Source: Oopsacas minuta (lineage: Eukaryota > Animalia > Porifera). From it: 64,000 nucleotides of DNA. The stretch's first letter is position 1. The number at the start of each line of letters is the position of its first letter. This document shows, piece by piece, positions 39,801 through 52,512 of the stretch. The translations under genes and the position numbers were made by a program. The stretch spans positions 248,001 through 312,000 of the forward strand of contig JAKMXF010000298.1 of the NCBI GenBank assembly GCA_024704765.1. The letters run 5' to 3'. Under the pieces are notes generated by a model. It was not told the origin of the DNA, ran no database searches, and saw nothing but the letters and a program-made list of their open reading frames with translations.

Positions 39801-42800
39801 TCATCGGTTATATCGAACTCCGCTTACATCGAAAGAATTATCACGGTCCCTTGAACTTCGATATAACGGGAATTAACTGTACGTAACTATTTTAGAAAAT
39901 TTTCTTGTATTTTTATTTGGAATTTTCACAGTTATCTCGAGAAGAAACGATTGATATTTCCTCGTTTTTTCTTCGTATCTGACCCAGTACTTCTTGAGAT
40001 CCTCGGACAAGCAAGTGATTCTCATACAATACAAGCTCACCTCTTAAATATATTTGACAATATAAAAACCGTTACATTTCATCCAAAAGAGTACGATACT
40101 ATTTTAGAAATCAACTCAAAAGAGCCAGAAACAATTCAATTAGATCAAAAAGTAATAGCACAAGGGCACGTGGAGTTATGGCTAGGAAAGCTACTTTTTA
40201 TGGCTAGAAAATCAGTAGCTAGTGTTGTTAGAAATGCTCACATTACAATTTCAAATCCAAACTGCGTACTATTAGAATTCTTAGAATCCTTTCCAGCCCA
40301 GGTTAGTTATTACCTTTCATAGAATTATTCTAATAGTGTAAATCAATATATAGTATACGAGGTTATGGGCGTGTTTTGCAGTACTATTAAAAATGATATC
40401 TGCAATGCAACCTGTGGAGAAAACTCTATATTTGTCTATATCTGAAAGGTCATTTGAATAGTAAGGTCATTCTAATTGCATTCCTCTACGCATGCTATTC
40501 ATTTCTGGGTAGTATATCTACTACCTAGAAGCATGACTCGCCAGGGCTAAGTTCAATATCATGATTATTGCGTGATATTTTACAGTTGGCTTCTCAACAA
40601 GTAGTTATATAAGGTTGATAAAACTAATGTAAACACATTTCTGCTTCACTCAATGGATGCATATTTACACTCTCCAACCTCTGGTCTTCTCTACCAAGCT
40701 ATTGATGATGTAACAAAGCGGTCATGTGTATCTTCCTACCAATTTGGCCCGATGGAGCCTAGCTTTTCACCGCCCCCTCCGGCAACTCCTCAGGTATTTA
40801 GCCCTCCTCCAATCCGTGAATTCAATGTCAGTTTCACTCAACCATTATCTCCTGCTACCACACAACAATCTCCTGTATCACCATGTGAAGCACCGTATAC
40901 TCCTGTTGCATCTCCCAACATTTTTTCCACAATAGACTTCAATTTGTCTATACAGCGACAAAGAGCTGCATTAAATCGAGATCGTTACAAGAAAGTACGT
41001 TTCTGCGTCTTTTGCCAAAGCTCTAAACAACCTGAGCAAGTTTACCGTTCTCACATTTTGAAAGATCAACAGGGTCGCGTGGTTTGCCCTTTCCTACGAA
41101 GTTATACATGTCCTCTGTGTTGTGCCAATGGAGATGATGCACACACCATAAAGTATTGTCCCCTTAGACAACCAACCATTGTATTCACATAGTCATTAGT
41201 GTTCTAATTAGAACTTCTCTATTTGATATGAGAAGATAGTTGAAATTATGCTTAGCTTCTTTCTCAAAATTTTGTGACCAATTAGGATTTTCTACGACAA
41301 TAGTTTTTGAATTATCATCATCAATTGTATTTTGCCTATTAATATTTTCATGATTTGTATTCTGGAATTTGTATTCTGTTGGTTGTTTATATATTATATT
41401 TATATTCCTTTGAGATTGGTGGGTGAAATTGGTGCTTTTTGCCAATACACTAAACTCTTTTCTTATCATAAGTGAATTTATTGAGATACTCTATTGCGGC
41501 AGTACCCAACCTTTTCGCCAGTGGACCCTCTATACCAATTTTAACACATTTTGTGGACCCCCCATAGGCCTCAATACAAATTTTGAGATCCTGTGGGTCC
41601 CTTGCTGCTTTCAGGAGACCACCAGGAGGTCCATGTTTGTGAAAATACAATGTGCGAGCGTCCATCTACATGATCTTACGAGATCTTGTGACCCAATTTG
41701 GAACGTAGAATTGCTAGAACTTATGTTTATGCTCCAATATCCTTCTCTGAGTAATTGGATGAAACCAAACTGTATATATTTCTTTGAATTATTGGTTGAT
41801 ATAATCAGGCGTAAAGTTTGAAAACCAAAGACCCTAAATGTACAATTTACTTGCTTTTATCGATCGTTTCATTTTTCCAGCAATATCTTATTCAATAATG
41901 CCATCATATATTTTCATTGTATTTATCATGTATTTTCCTATAGGTCGGTATTATAGGGATTCAAATGTTGTGGACACGAGATGCTGAAATTGCACTAACG
42001 AACTGTCGCACTAATAAGACAATTATGGCTGATACAAATCAGGCATTTTTGGAAATTCTAAATATGCTGATCGATCAAACCACAAGGAATCTAACCAAGT
42101 TAGAACGAATACGATTTGAAACACTCATAACAATCCACGTGCATCAAAGAGATATTTTCAATGATTTAGTAAAATTACATATTCGTACTCCAAAGGATTT
42201 TGAATGGTTAAAACAGACTAGATTCTATTATATAGATGAGCTAGACAAATGTGGTATTTCTATTACGGATGTAAACTTTACTTATCAGAATGAATTTCTC
42301 GGATGTACAGATAGATTGGTGATTACCCCACTTACAGATAGGTGTTATATTTCGCTAGCTCAGGCACTTGGTATGTCTATGGGTGGATCTCCAGCTGGAC
42401 CTGCTGGAACAGGTATGTTAAAATGGGGAATTAGAAAATTTAACGTATGACAGCTTAATGAAACCCAGGCATATTATGATTATTAGAAATTTACCATGGA
42501 TAGTAGATTTAGTGTTATATACAAATTTCCCTGTCCAAACGAGCGAGGAGTGCTTCAAAATGACCTCGAACAACATCTAAGCAGATTAACTAAATCCACA
42601 ATCCATGGTTGAATAAACATATTAAAGAGGCCACTTTCGTCATAACAGTATTACCAATACGAACTTACGTTAGGTAAGACTGAGACTGTGAAAGATATGG
42701 GTCGTTGTCTGGGGAAATACGTAGTAGTATTCAACTGTTCAGATCAGATGGATTTCAGAGGTCTAGGCCGTATCTACAAGGGACTAGCTCAGTCAGGATC

Positions 42801-45800
42801 ATGGGGATGTTTCGATGAATTCAACCGGATTAAACTACCGGTACTCTCCGTGGCTGCACAACAGATTGCAGTGGTCTTGCTATGTAAAAAGGAGCGAAAA
42901 AGTAGTTTTATATTTTTGGATGGAGATGTCGTCAATATGGATCCTGAATTCGGTCTATTTCTCACAATGAATCCTGGCTATGCTGGGAGGCAGGAACTAC
43001 CAGAGAATTTAAAATTGAATTTCAGAACACTAGCTATGATGGTACCTGACAGACAGATTATTATTCGTGTTAAACTTGCTTCTTGTGGATTTCTTGAAAA
43101 TATACCGTTATCTAGGAAATTCTTTGTATTGTATAAACTATGTGAAGAGCAACTTTCCAAACAGGTAATTGCCTTTGATTGATATTGTTAAGGCCCCTGC
43201 CAGTTAGTGAGAAACTTGTTTCAGCTCCACATGATGTTAATCTTAGCATGCTGGCGGGCAGCAATTCAATATCATTATTTTATGCCGTTATCATAATACC
43301 ACGTGGTCAATTCATGGAAATTTCAATGACTATTTCGAAATTTGTATATTTTGCGTGTTAAGGAGGTCTGTGAGGATAAAATCACTACTTTTTACCCGAA
43401 AGTTAGTAAATATATTGTGTAGTTGAATTTCACCGTGAAAATGGTGAAACAATGACTATATTCATGCGGCAGGTAAACTTGATGCGGGTGGTGGGGCTGA
43501 AACAATTTCCAACTAACCGTGGCCTTATTCCGCTTATATTTATACATTTATGATAGGTGCATTACGATTTCGGATTACGTAACATGCTCTCAGTATTACG
43601 AACTCTCGGTCAAGCAAAGCGAGCAAATCCAGAAGATTCTGAGAGTAGTACAGTGATGAGAGGACTTAGAGACATGAATCTATCCAAACTAGTTGAAGAA
43701 GATGAACCTCTTTTCCTATCACTAGTCAATGATTTATTCCCAGGTATGTCTCTGGACAGAGAAGCAGGTTATCCAGAGTTAGAAGCAGCTATTGATGCTA
43801 ATGTTACTAAAGCAGGGCTTATTGTACATCCTTCTTGGAAACTTAAGTTAGTACAGTTGTTTGAAACACAGAGGGTACGTCATGGATTCATGGTACTTGG
43901 TCCAACAGGAACTGGTAAGAATTAAAATAATAAATAGCGAAAATGATTTACGTACAAAAATTTTTTGGAGAAATTTTCATACAGTCAACTCCCGTCATAT
44001 CGAAGCTCATTTATTCGATCACTTGCTTATCTTGACGGTTTGGAACCATATTTGGACAATTTCAGACTTCTATATAATCGGGTGTTTCGATATATTAGTG
44101 TTCGATATAACGGAACTTGATTGTATTTGTTTCTGTACAAACTAATACATTATTCGTTTAAAATGCGATTTTCTAGGTAAGACTTGCTGTATTATTCAAC
44201 TAATGAAAGCCATGACAGACACAGGGGAGCCTCATAGAGAAATGAGAATGAATCCTAAAGCTATCACCGCTCAGCAAATGTTTGGTAGATTGGATGTAGC
44301 TACTAATGACTGGACAGATGGAATATTCTCTACTCTGTGGAGACGAACACATAAAGCTAAAAAAGGTAAAAATGATAAACGACGACTTTTCAAGCTCCTT
44401 TATTGCAGTTTTAGACAACTTTATCGCTAATACTTTTGTATTTTTTGGCAGGTGAACACGTCTGGCTTGTTATGGACGGCCCTGTTGACACATTATGGAT
44501 AGAAAATCTGAATTCAGTATTGGATGACAACAAGACTCTGACATTAGCTAATGGAGACAGAATTCCTATGTATCATAATTGTAAGCTTGTATTTGAACCA
44601 CACAACATTGACAATGCTAGTCCAGCTACTGTATCACGTAACGGTATGGTTTATATGAGCTCTTCTGGCCTCGATTGGATTCCCATATTAGACAGTTGGT
44701 TATTGACAAGAGAATCAGTAGAAGCTAATATTATTCATGAACTTTTCCATGAAACTTTTCAGAAGATATACAACTATGCGACTACGAGTCTTCTGTCAAA
44801 AATGGCACTACTTGAAGTGTGTTATATTTCTCAAGCAATTAAGTTTCTAACTGGACTAATTCGTAAGACAGATGATAGTTCTTCTTTACCTCCCAAACAT
44901 CTCGAAAAAATTTATATTTTCACGGTAATGTGGAGTGTTGGTGCAATCCTGGAGTTGGATGATAGATTTAAGTTGCAGGAATTTTTGCGTATGCACACAC
45001 AGCTAGATCTGCCTCAGTTTGAATCTGATACTGGAGATACTATTTTTGAATATTTCGTAGATGATAATGGTGATTGGCAGCACTGGAAAACACAGGTATG
45101 TTGAAATTGATAACAGAGTTACGTGTTAACGAGAGTTTAAATACAGTAGGACTCGGATAAGACATACCCCCCCATCCGGAAACAAAAAATAGTACGTACT
45201 AACCGAAAGTACGTCTTATCCAAGTTCTACTGTAGAGTGAATAATAAGTGCGGTTTTTAGGATATTACAATATATTCTTCGACTAATCTTGGTACAGTGG
45301 TGTTCGCTATTAGAATGTTTTTTCAGGAACTTAGAGTTCATTTTGTATTGAAATGTTCTAATAATAATTTCGGGTATTAGCATGGGAATTCTTAGAAAAT
45401 ATGACTTCTTAACGAATGATCTCCTCTGTATTTTAATGTATGATTGGACAAATCTTGGAAATTTATGCTACAGTAGACTCCGCGTAATAGGGTCACTCGG
45501 GACCAGGTTCAATACTATGTATTTCCATGTTTCTGGCCAAGTGACCTATTCTCTATTAACCGGAGTCTACTGTATTTTCTTTGCAGGTTCAAGAGTTCTC
45601 CTATCCCATCGACCATAAGCCCCAATACGCTTCCATCCTCGTACCAAACGTAGACAATGTCCGTACAGATTTCTTAATCCAAACAATTGCCAAACTAAGC
45701 TCTCCAGTCCTACTTATAGGAGAACAAGGAACAGCTAAGACAGTAATGATAAAAGCATACATGTCTAAATACAGTATAGAGGACCATCTTTCAAAAATGA

Positions 45801-48800
45801 TGAACTTCAGCTCTGCTACTACTCCGAACATGTTCCAGCGCTCAATGGAGAGTTATATTGATAAGAGAATGGGTACTACATATGGACCTCCAGCTGGAAA
45901 AAAGATGACAGTATTTGTCGATGATATTAATATGCCGTTTATAAATGATTGGGGCGACCAGATCACTAATGAAATTACTAGACAAACTATTGAGATGTCT
46001 GGATTTTATTCACTGGAAAAACCAGGTATATAATAGCTCTCATTAAAATACGAACACGGTCAAAAGGAAACTCAGGATAAGACGTACAAATTCGCTTTAT
46101 CAATGACTTTCCAATGAGAATCAAATCGTTTATAGTTACCTCGAAGCTCAAAGGAGCCGCGATAATCACTTCGCTATAGGCGAAGTTATGACCGATAAAA
46201 TATACGTTAATTCGAAATTTTGGGATCATATTTGTACAGTTTCAGGCGCTGGTATTTTCGATACCTCCGTGTTCGATGAAACGAGAGTGACTGTACTAAA
46301 TATTTAACTTGTGTTATATTCAATAGGAGACTTCACTACCATAATCGATGTTCAGTTCATAGCAGCTATGATTCACCCTGGAGGAGGTAGAAATGACATT
46401 CCACAGCGCCTCAAGCGTCACTTTACAGTTCTCAACTGTACACTCCCTTCAAATGCATCAATCGACAAGATTTTCTCTATTATAGGAGAGGGATACTTCA
46501 TAGTTAAGAGAGGGTTCCATAAGACTATTCCTGAAGTGAGTAATTCTTCTTAATAATACAAAATTTTAATTTTAGGTGGACAAAAACTGTAGTGGACCAA
46601 AATATTTCCCGATACCAGGTGTACAACTACAGTCAACTCCCGTTACATCGAACGCGGATATACATATATATCGTTTATATCGAACTCTAAAATTTTACAA
46701 ATATGAACCCAAAACAGTCAAAGAAACATAAATTACATCTCAGTAATTCTCAGAGCCCCTTCAGTTCAATATAACAGAAGTTGACTGTACGTACATATAC
46801 AAATTTCGCAGTATCGCGGAAACAAAGGGCATGTCATACTGTCCATGCTAATATAACAATTCGTGCCATTTCTCTATACGTATACAACTAAAATCTTGCA
46901 ATGATTGTATTTACATTTTATAGGTTGTATCAAAATTAGTATTAGCTACACGCATACTATGGCAACTCACAAAGATAAAGATGTTGCCTACACCAGCTAA
47001 ATTCCATTACATCTTCAACCTCAGAGATTTATCTCGTATATGGGAGGGTATGGTTACAATCGACTGTGACATCTGTACTTCAGTCCCAATTATAATGTCT
47101 TTATGGAGACACGAGTGTACTCGTGTTATAGCAGACAGATTTATATCTTATGAAGATAGGGAGTGGTTTGACAAGACAATGACAAAAGTTGCTAATGAAC
47201 AAATTGGTCCTGAATATATTAAGCATATTGAGGAAGAACAATTTTTTGTTGATTTTCTAAGGTAAATTGATCTAAGATTTGTATTAAATTCGCCACATAC
47301 ATAAATTTGGATGTTTTTGTTCGATTTTCATTTTTTCAAATCGCTAGGGAACCGCCCGAGCCAACTGGAGATGAGCCAGAGGACTTCGTCTACGAAGCCC
47401 CTAAGATCTACGAACAGATACCACCATGGCCTGAGTTGCAGGAGAAACTGACTAACTACATGCTGATGTATAATGAGACTGTAAGAGGATCTGGTATGGA
47501 TTTAGTATTCTTTAAAGATGCTATGATTCATCTAATGAGGGTAAATGTCTATAGAAAACAAGTATTTTGTTGTGCTGTTATGGCGAAAATGGTCCCTATA
47601 TGCTTATTAGATATTTTACCATGGAAGGTGGATTTGGTTTATCTGCTTTGATGTTGTTCTAGGTCATATTGAGGCTCTCCTGGTTGGAGGAGGATCTCTA
47701 TATAACATAAAATTAATGATATACACGGGTCGAATATCTAATAAACAGCATTTTCGTCATAATTTTCATAAAACGAATTTTACAAATATCAAAGATTGTA
47801 TTCACCATTTTATTTAGTAATATTTATATTTATCTCAGATTTCCCGTATAATACGTACAGATCGTGGTAACGCCTTGCTAGTAGGAGTTGGTGGATCTGG
47901 CAAACAATCTCTCACTCGGCTAGCTTCATTTCTCGCAGATTATAAAATATTTCAAATTACACTAACACGTTCCTACAATGCTAACAACCTATTAGATGAT
48001 TTGAAAGTGTTATACCGCATAGCTGGCCTACAGAATAAGGGAATAACATTCATATTTACTGATCAAGAAATAAAAGAAGATTCATTCTTAGAATATATAA
48101 ATAATCTGCTATCTTCTGGGGAAATTTCTAATTTATTCGCGCGTGATGAGTTAGAAGAGATTCGTTCTGACCTGATACCAGCTATGAAAAAGGAGTTCCC
48201 TAGACGTCCTCCTACCCCTGAAAATCTATACGAATACTTCCTATCTCGCGCTAGAAAAAATCTACACGTTGTACTATGTTTCTCACCCGTCGGAGAAAAG
48301 TTCAGAAACAGATCACTTAAATTTCCTGGCCTTATATCAGGTTGTACCATGGATTGGTTCCATAGATGGCCAAAGGATGCTCTGATCGCTGTAGCAGATC
48401 ATTTCATATCATCATTCAAAGTTGATGCTACTATGGAAATTCAGAAACAGGTTATTCAAGCTATGGGCGTGTTCCAGGATCAGGTATCAGAAAAATGTAC
48501 TGATTACTTCAACAGGTAATATATTGCTATAGAAATTATTTTACAAAATTATCAACTTGGTATTTATAGGTTTCGACGTGCTACACATGTAACTCCTAAA
48601 TCATACCTATCATTTATTGAAGGCTATAAGCTGGTGTATCAAGCTCAACACAAGCAGGTACTACAAGCAATGACAATTTTTTAATACAGTGGAACCTCTA
48701 CAAACGGGTCTGTGGAAATGGGAAACTTCTGGAAACGGAGTGAAGATAATTAGAATGACAAATACACCTCCATAAACAGGAAATTGGCAGAACGGGGAAA

Positions 48801-51800
48801 TGGGGTCCCTGGCACCCCGTTTGTGGAGGCTACACTGTACTGCTATTATCTTATCTTTGAATTTTCATGTATCATAAAAGTTTATTAAAACACGTTCCTT
48901 CTAGCTCGGAGAAATGGCTAGTAGAATGGAGAGAGGACTTAACAAGTTGTTAGAAGCTCAGAAGTCAGTAGAAGAGCTACAAGTAGAATTGAATCAGAAA
49001 GAAAAGGATTTAGCTGTTGCTAACGTAGAGGCAGAGAAAGTATTAGCAGATGTTACTGTATCAGCTCAAGCAGCTGAGAAGGTCAAAGCTGAAGTACAGC
49101 TTGTGAGTTTTGTATAAGTACAAATACAGTATATGTAATTACTCTCGTTATGTGAATCTGCTGCTGGTTATTACTGTTATCATTCACCATAGGTTAAAGA
49201 TAAAGCACAAGAAATCTATGATGACATCTCAGCGAATAAAGCTATCGCTGAAGAAAAGCTATTAGAAGCTAAACCCGCATTAGAGGAAGCAGAGAGAGCC
49301 CTCAAAACTATTCAGCCATCTCATATAGCTACAGTTCGTAGACTTGCTAATCCCCCTCATCTTATCATGCGTATCATGGATGCTGTGTCTCTCCTATTCA
49401 AGAGGAAGATGGATCCTGTAACCATGGATCCTGAAAAGCCAACGATAAAGCCATCTTGGTCTGAGTCGCTTAAATTAATGGGAGGAATTACTTTCTTGAA
49501 TGATCTGTTAAACTTCCAAAAGGTACTTTTCAGTTGGTGGTCAGATAAAACACACGAAAATATAAATATGGGTTCGTATAAATCAGCGGTTTTCCCCTAT
49601 ACCTTTTTAACACATTCTATGGACCACTCTCATAGACAGCAATACAATTTTTTAGATCCTCTGTACCCCCTGCTGTCTTTCGTGGACCACCAAGGGTCCA
49701 TGGGTCCAGGTTGAGAAACGCTGGTATAAATAACGAACTTGTTATAGGATAAGATAACTGAAGAAACAGTCGAATTAATGTCTCCCTACTTACAAGCCCC
49801 TGATTTCAATTTGGAGAGTGCTAAGAGAGTATGTGGTGACGTAGCTGGTCTCTGTTCATGGTCTAAAGCTATGTCTATATACTTTACAATTAATAAAGAG
49901 GTTATACCACTTAAACGAGAGTTAGCTATACAAGAGGTTAAGCTAGAAAAAGCGCAGACTAAGCTTGATGCTGCACAAGCACAGTTAGATGAGAAAGAGA
50001 AAGAATTGGCTGTAGTACGAGCGCTATATGATAACGCTATGCGAAAGAAACAGGTTTTTGATAATAAAAATAGTGTTTGAATTGGATAATACAGTGTAAT
50101 GCTACCCAGTTTCTCGTTTGTGGAAGTTTCACTGTACAATTGCTTCCGACAAGTTTTGCTATGAATTTTGAAAATTAGTATGCCTTCGCCTTTTAGCAAT
50201 TTTCATGGATTTAATTTTCATTTTGTATTAGAAATAATAGGCAAACTCCACTACTTATATTCGATTTCAAACTAATTATTATCGCTTTTTAGACATTGAT
50301 GGATGACGCTGAAACTTGTAAGAGAAAGATGAAGGCCGCGACTGCACTCATACAAGGTTTATCATCTGAGAAAGAACGATGGACACGACAAAGCAAAGAA
50401 TTCCAGCAACAAATTGTCAGGTAAGGTATACACAGTTAAATGTATTATAATTAAAGAACAATAGTATTCATTGAACCATCAGGTTGGTAGGAGACGTACT
50501 TCTTGCTACAGGATTCCTGTCATACACAGGACCATTCAATCAAGAGTTTAGATTGTTACTAATGGATACATGGAAGAAGGAATTGAAGGAGAGAGGAATA
50601 CCTTATACGGAGAGTATTAACTTAATTGAAATGTTAACTGATCCTGCGCAGGTAAATATTGAGTCCAGTCAACTCCCGTTACATAGACATACCCCCTTAT
50701 ATAGAGACCGGAAATTGTACAAATATGGTCCCAAACCATAAATGTAACATATATTCAATCGGTAATATCAAGCAATTATCGCGGTCCCTTGAGCTTCGAT
50801 TTAACGGGAGTTGACTGTAATTTTAAAGAAATAATTTAGAAAATATTTGAATTATTCTGAATAGATTGGTGAATGGAATCTACAAGGACTTCCTAACGAT
50901 GAACTTTCAATTCAGAATGCAATCATTGTGACGTCAGCATCTAGATATCCTCTACTAATCGATCCTCAAGGCCAAGGTAAAATCTGGATAAAGAACAGGG
51001 AAGGTTCAGACTTACGACTAACCAGTCTAACGAATAAATATTTCAGGCAAGTTCTAGAGGACTGTCTGTCACAAGGTCTACCTCTAATGATAGAAGATGT
51101 AGGGGAGACTCTAGACCCAGCACTTGATAACGTGCTCGAGAAGAATTTTATAAAACAGGGTACTGTACTGAAAGTTAAAGTTGGTGATAAGGAAGTTGAT
51201 GTGATGAAAGGATTCATGTTATACGTCACTACCAAGCTAGCGAATCCTTCTTATACACCTGAGGTATGATCTTATTGCCAAAATAGTACTCTCTATATGT
51301 TTATTAGTTATATAACCATGGATAGCGGATTAGTTTATCTGCTTGGATATTGTTCTAGGTCATTTTGAGGTAGTCCTCGCTTGATTGGACTGGTAAATTT
51401 GCATATAACGTAAGTAAACTATATCCCCCATCCATGATTAAATACCTAATAATCTAATAGGAGACCATTTTTGTCAAAAATGTGAGCCAACGAATATCGA
51501 AAATAATTCCTTCACAAGTTTGACTGTTATTAAATCTATCTAGATATTCGCCCGCACGAGTATAATTGATTTCACTGTGACAATGCAAGGGCTAGAAGAT
51601 CAGCTGTTAGGTCGTGTGATATTAACAGAAAAACAGGAGTTAGAATCAGAACGAGTTAAACTCCTGGAAGATGTAACAGCTAACAAACGTAAGATGAAAG
51701 AACTAGAAGATAATCTGTTGTTCAGACTGACAAATACTAAGGGTAGCCTTGTGGATGATGAATCACTGATTGAGGTATTGAGAGTTACTAAAGCAACTGC

Positions 51801-52477
51801 TGAGGATGTGAAGCAGAAGTTAGCTATTGCTGCTGAGACTGAGATTATGATCTCCTCTGCTAGGAACGAATTCAGACCTGGTACGTAATATCTGTTAGTT
51901 GGCGCATTAAACAACTTAGAATGATAGTTCAATTTCCCCATATAGTAGAATACTAATAATAAACGTTAAAACAGTTTTCTATAATTATTCCATATAATTT
52001 GCATCTAGAATAATATACAAAATAAATAATTATTTTATCATAAGCTGTATTAGAGTATTATTCAATTTCTCTAACTTCTTCAAATCCTGTAGCTGATCTG
52101 TCTTGTACATTAAACACGTTATATCATCTGTCATTTTGAGTACCATATTGCCTTTAGAATGAACATACTTTATGACAAATCTGGATTTATTTGGACTGGT
52201 TAGATAAAGTTGTTCCACTGCTTTCGCGAATTCATCCCATGAACTGAAGTACGGCATTTCTAATATTTCAGCTAAATGTTGTAAAATATACAATTATTAT
52301 TTACAGTTAACTCCCGTTATATCGAAGCTCAAAGGAACCGCGATAATTACTGCGATATAGCCGATTATATATATGTTTGTTGACGGTTTGGGAGCATATT
52401 TGTACAATTTCAGACTTCGGTATAAGCGGGCATTTCGATATACATATCTGTGTTCATTATAACCGGAGTTGACTGTA

Positions 52478-52512
<35 letters not shown>

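Noticed and set aside
41737-41744. ATATCCTT resembling a U12 (AT-AC) donor in the nanos-hosting intron
   Set aside because: No matching U12 branch site or AC acceptor is needed; the flanking dynein exons join correctly via GT-AG
41185-41821. ORFs 41185-41469 (-), 41450-41665 (-) and 41423-41821 (+) near nanos
   Set aside because: They are the antisense of the AT-rich nanos 3' region or read through the hAT MITE remnant; no protein motifs
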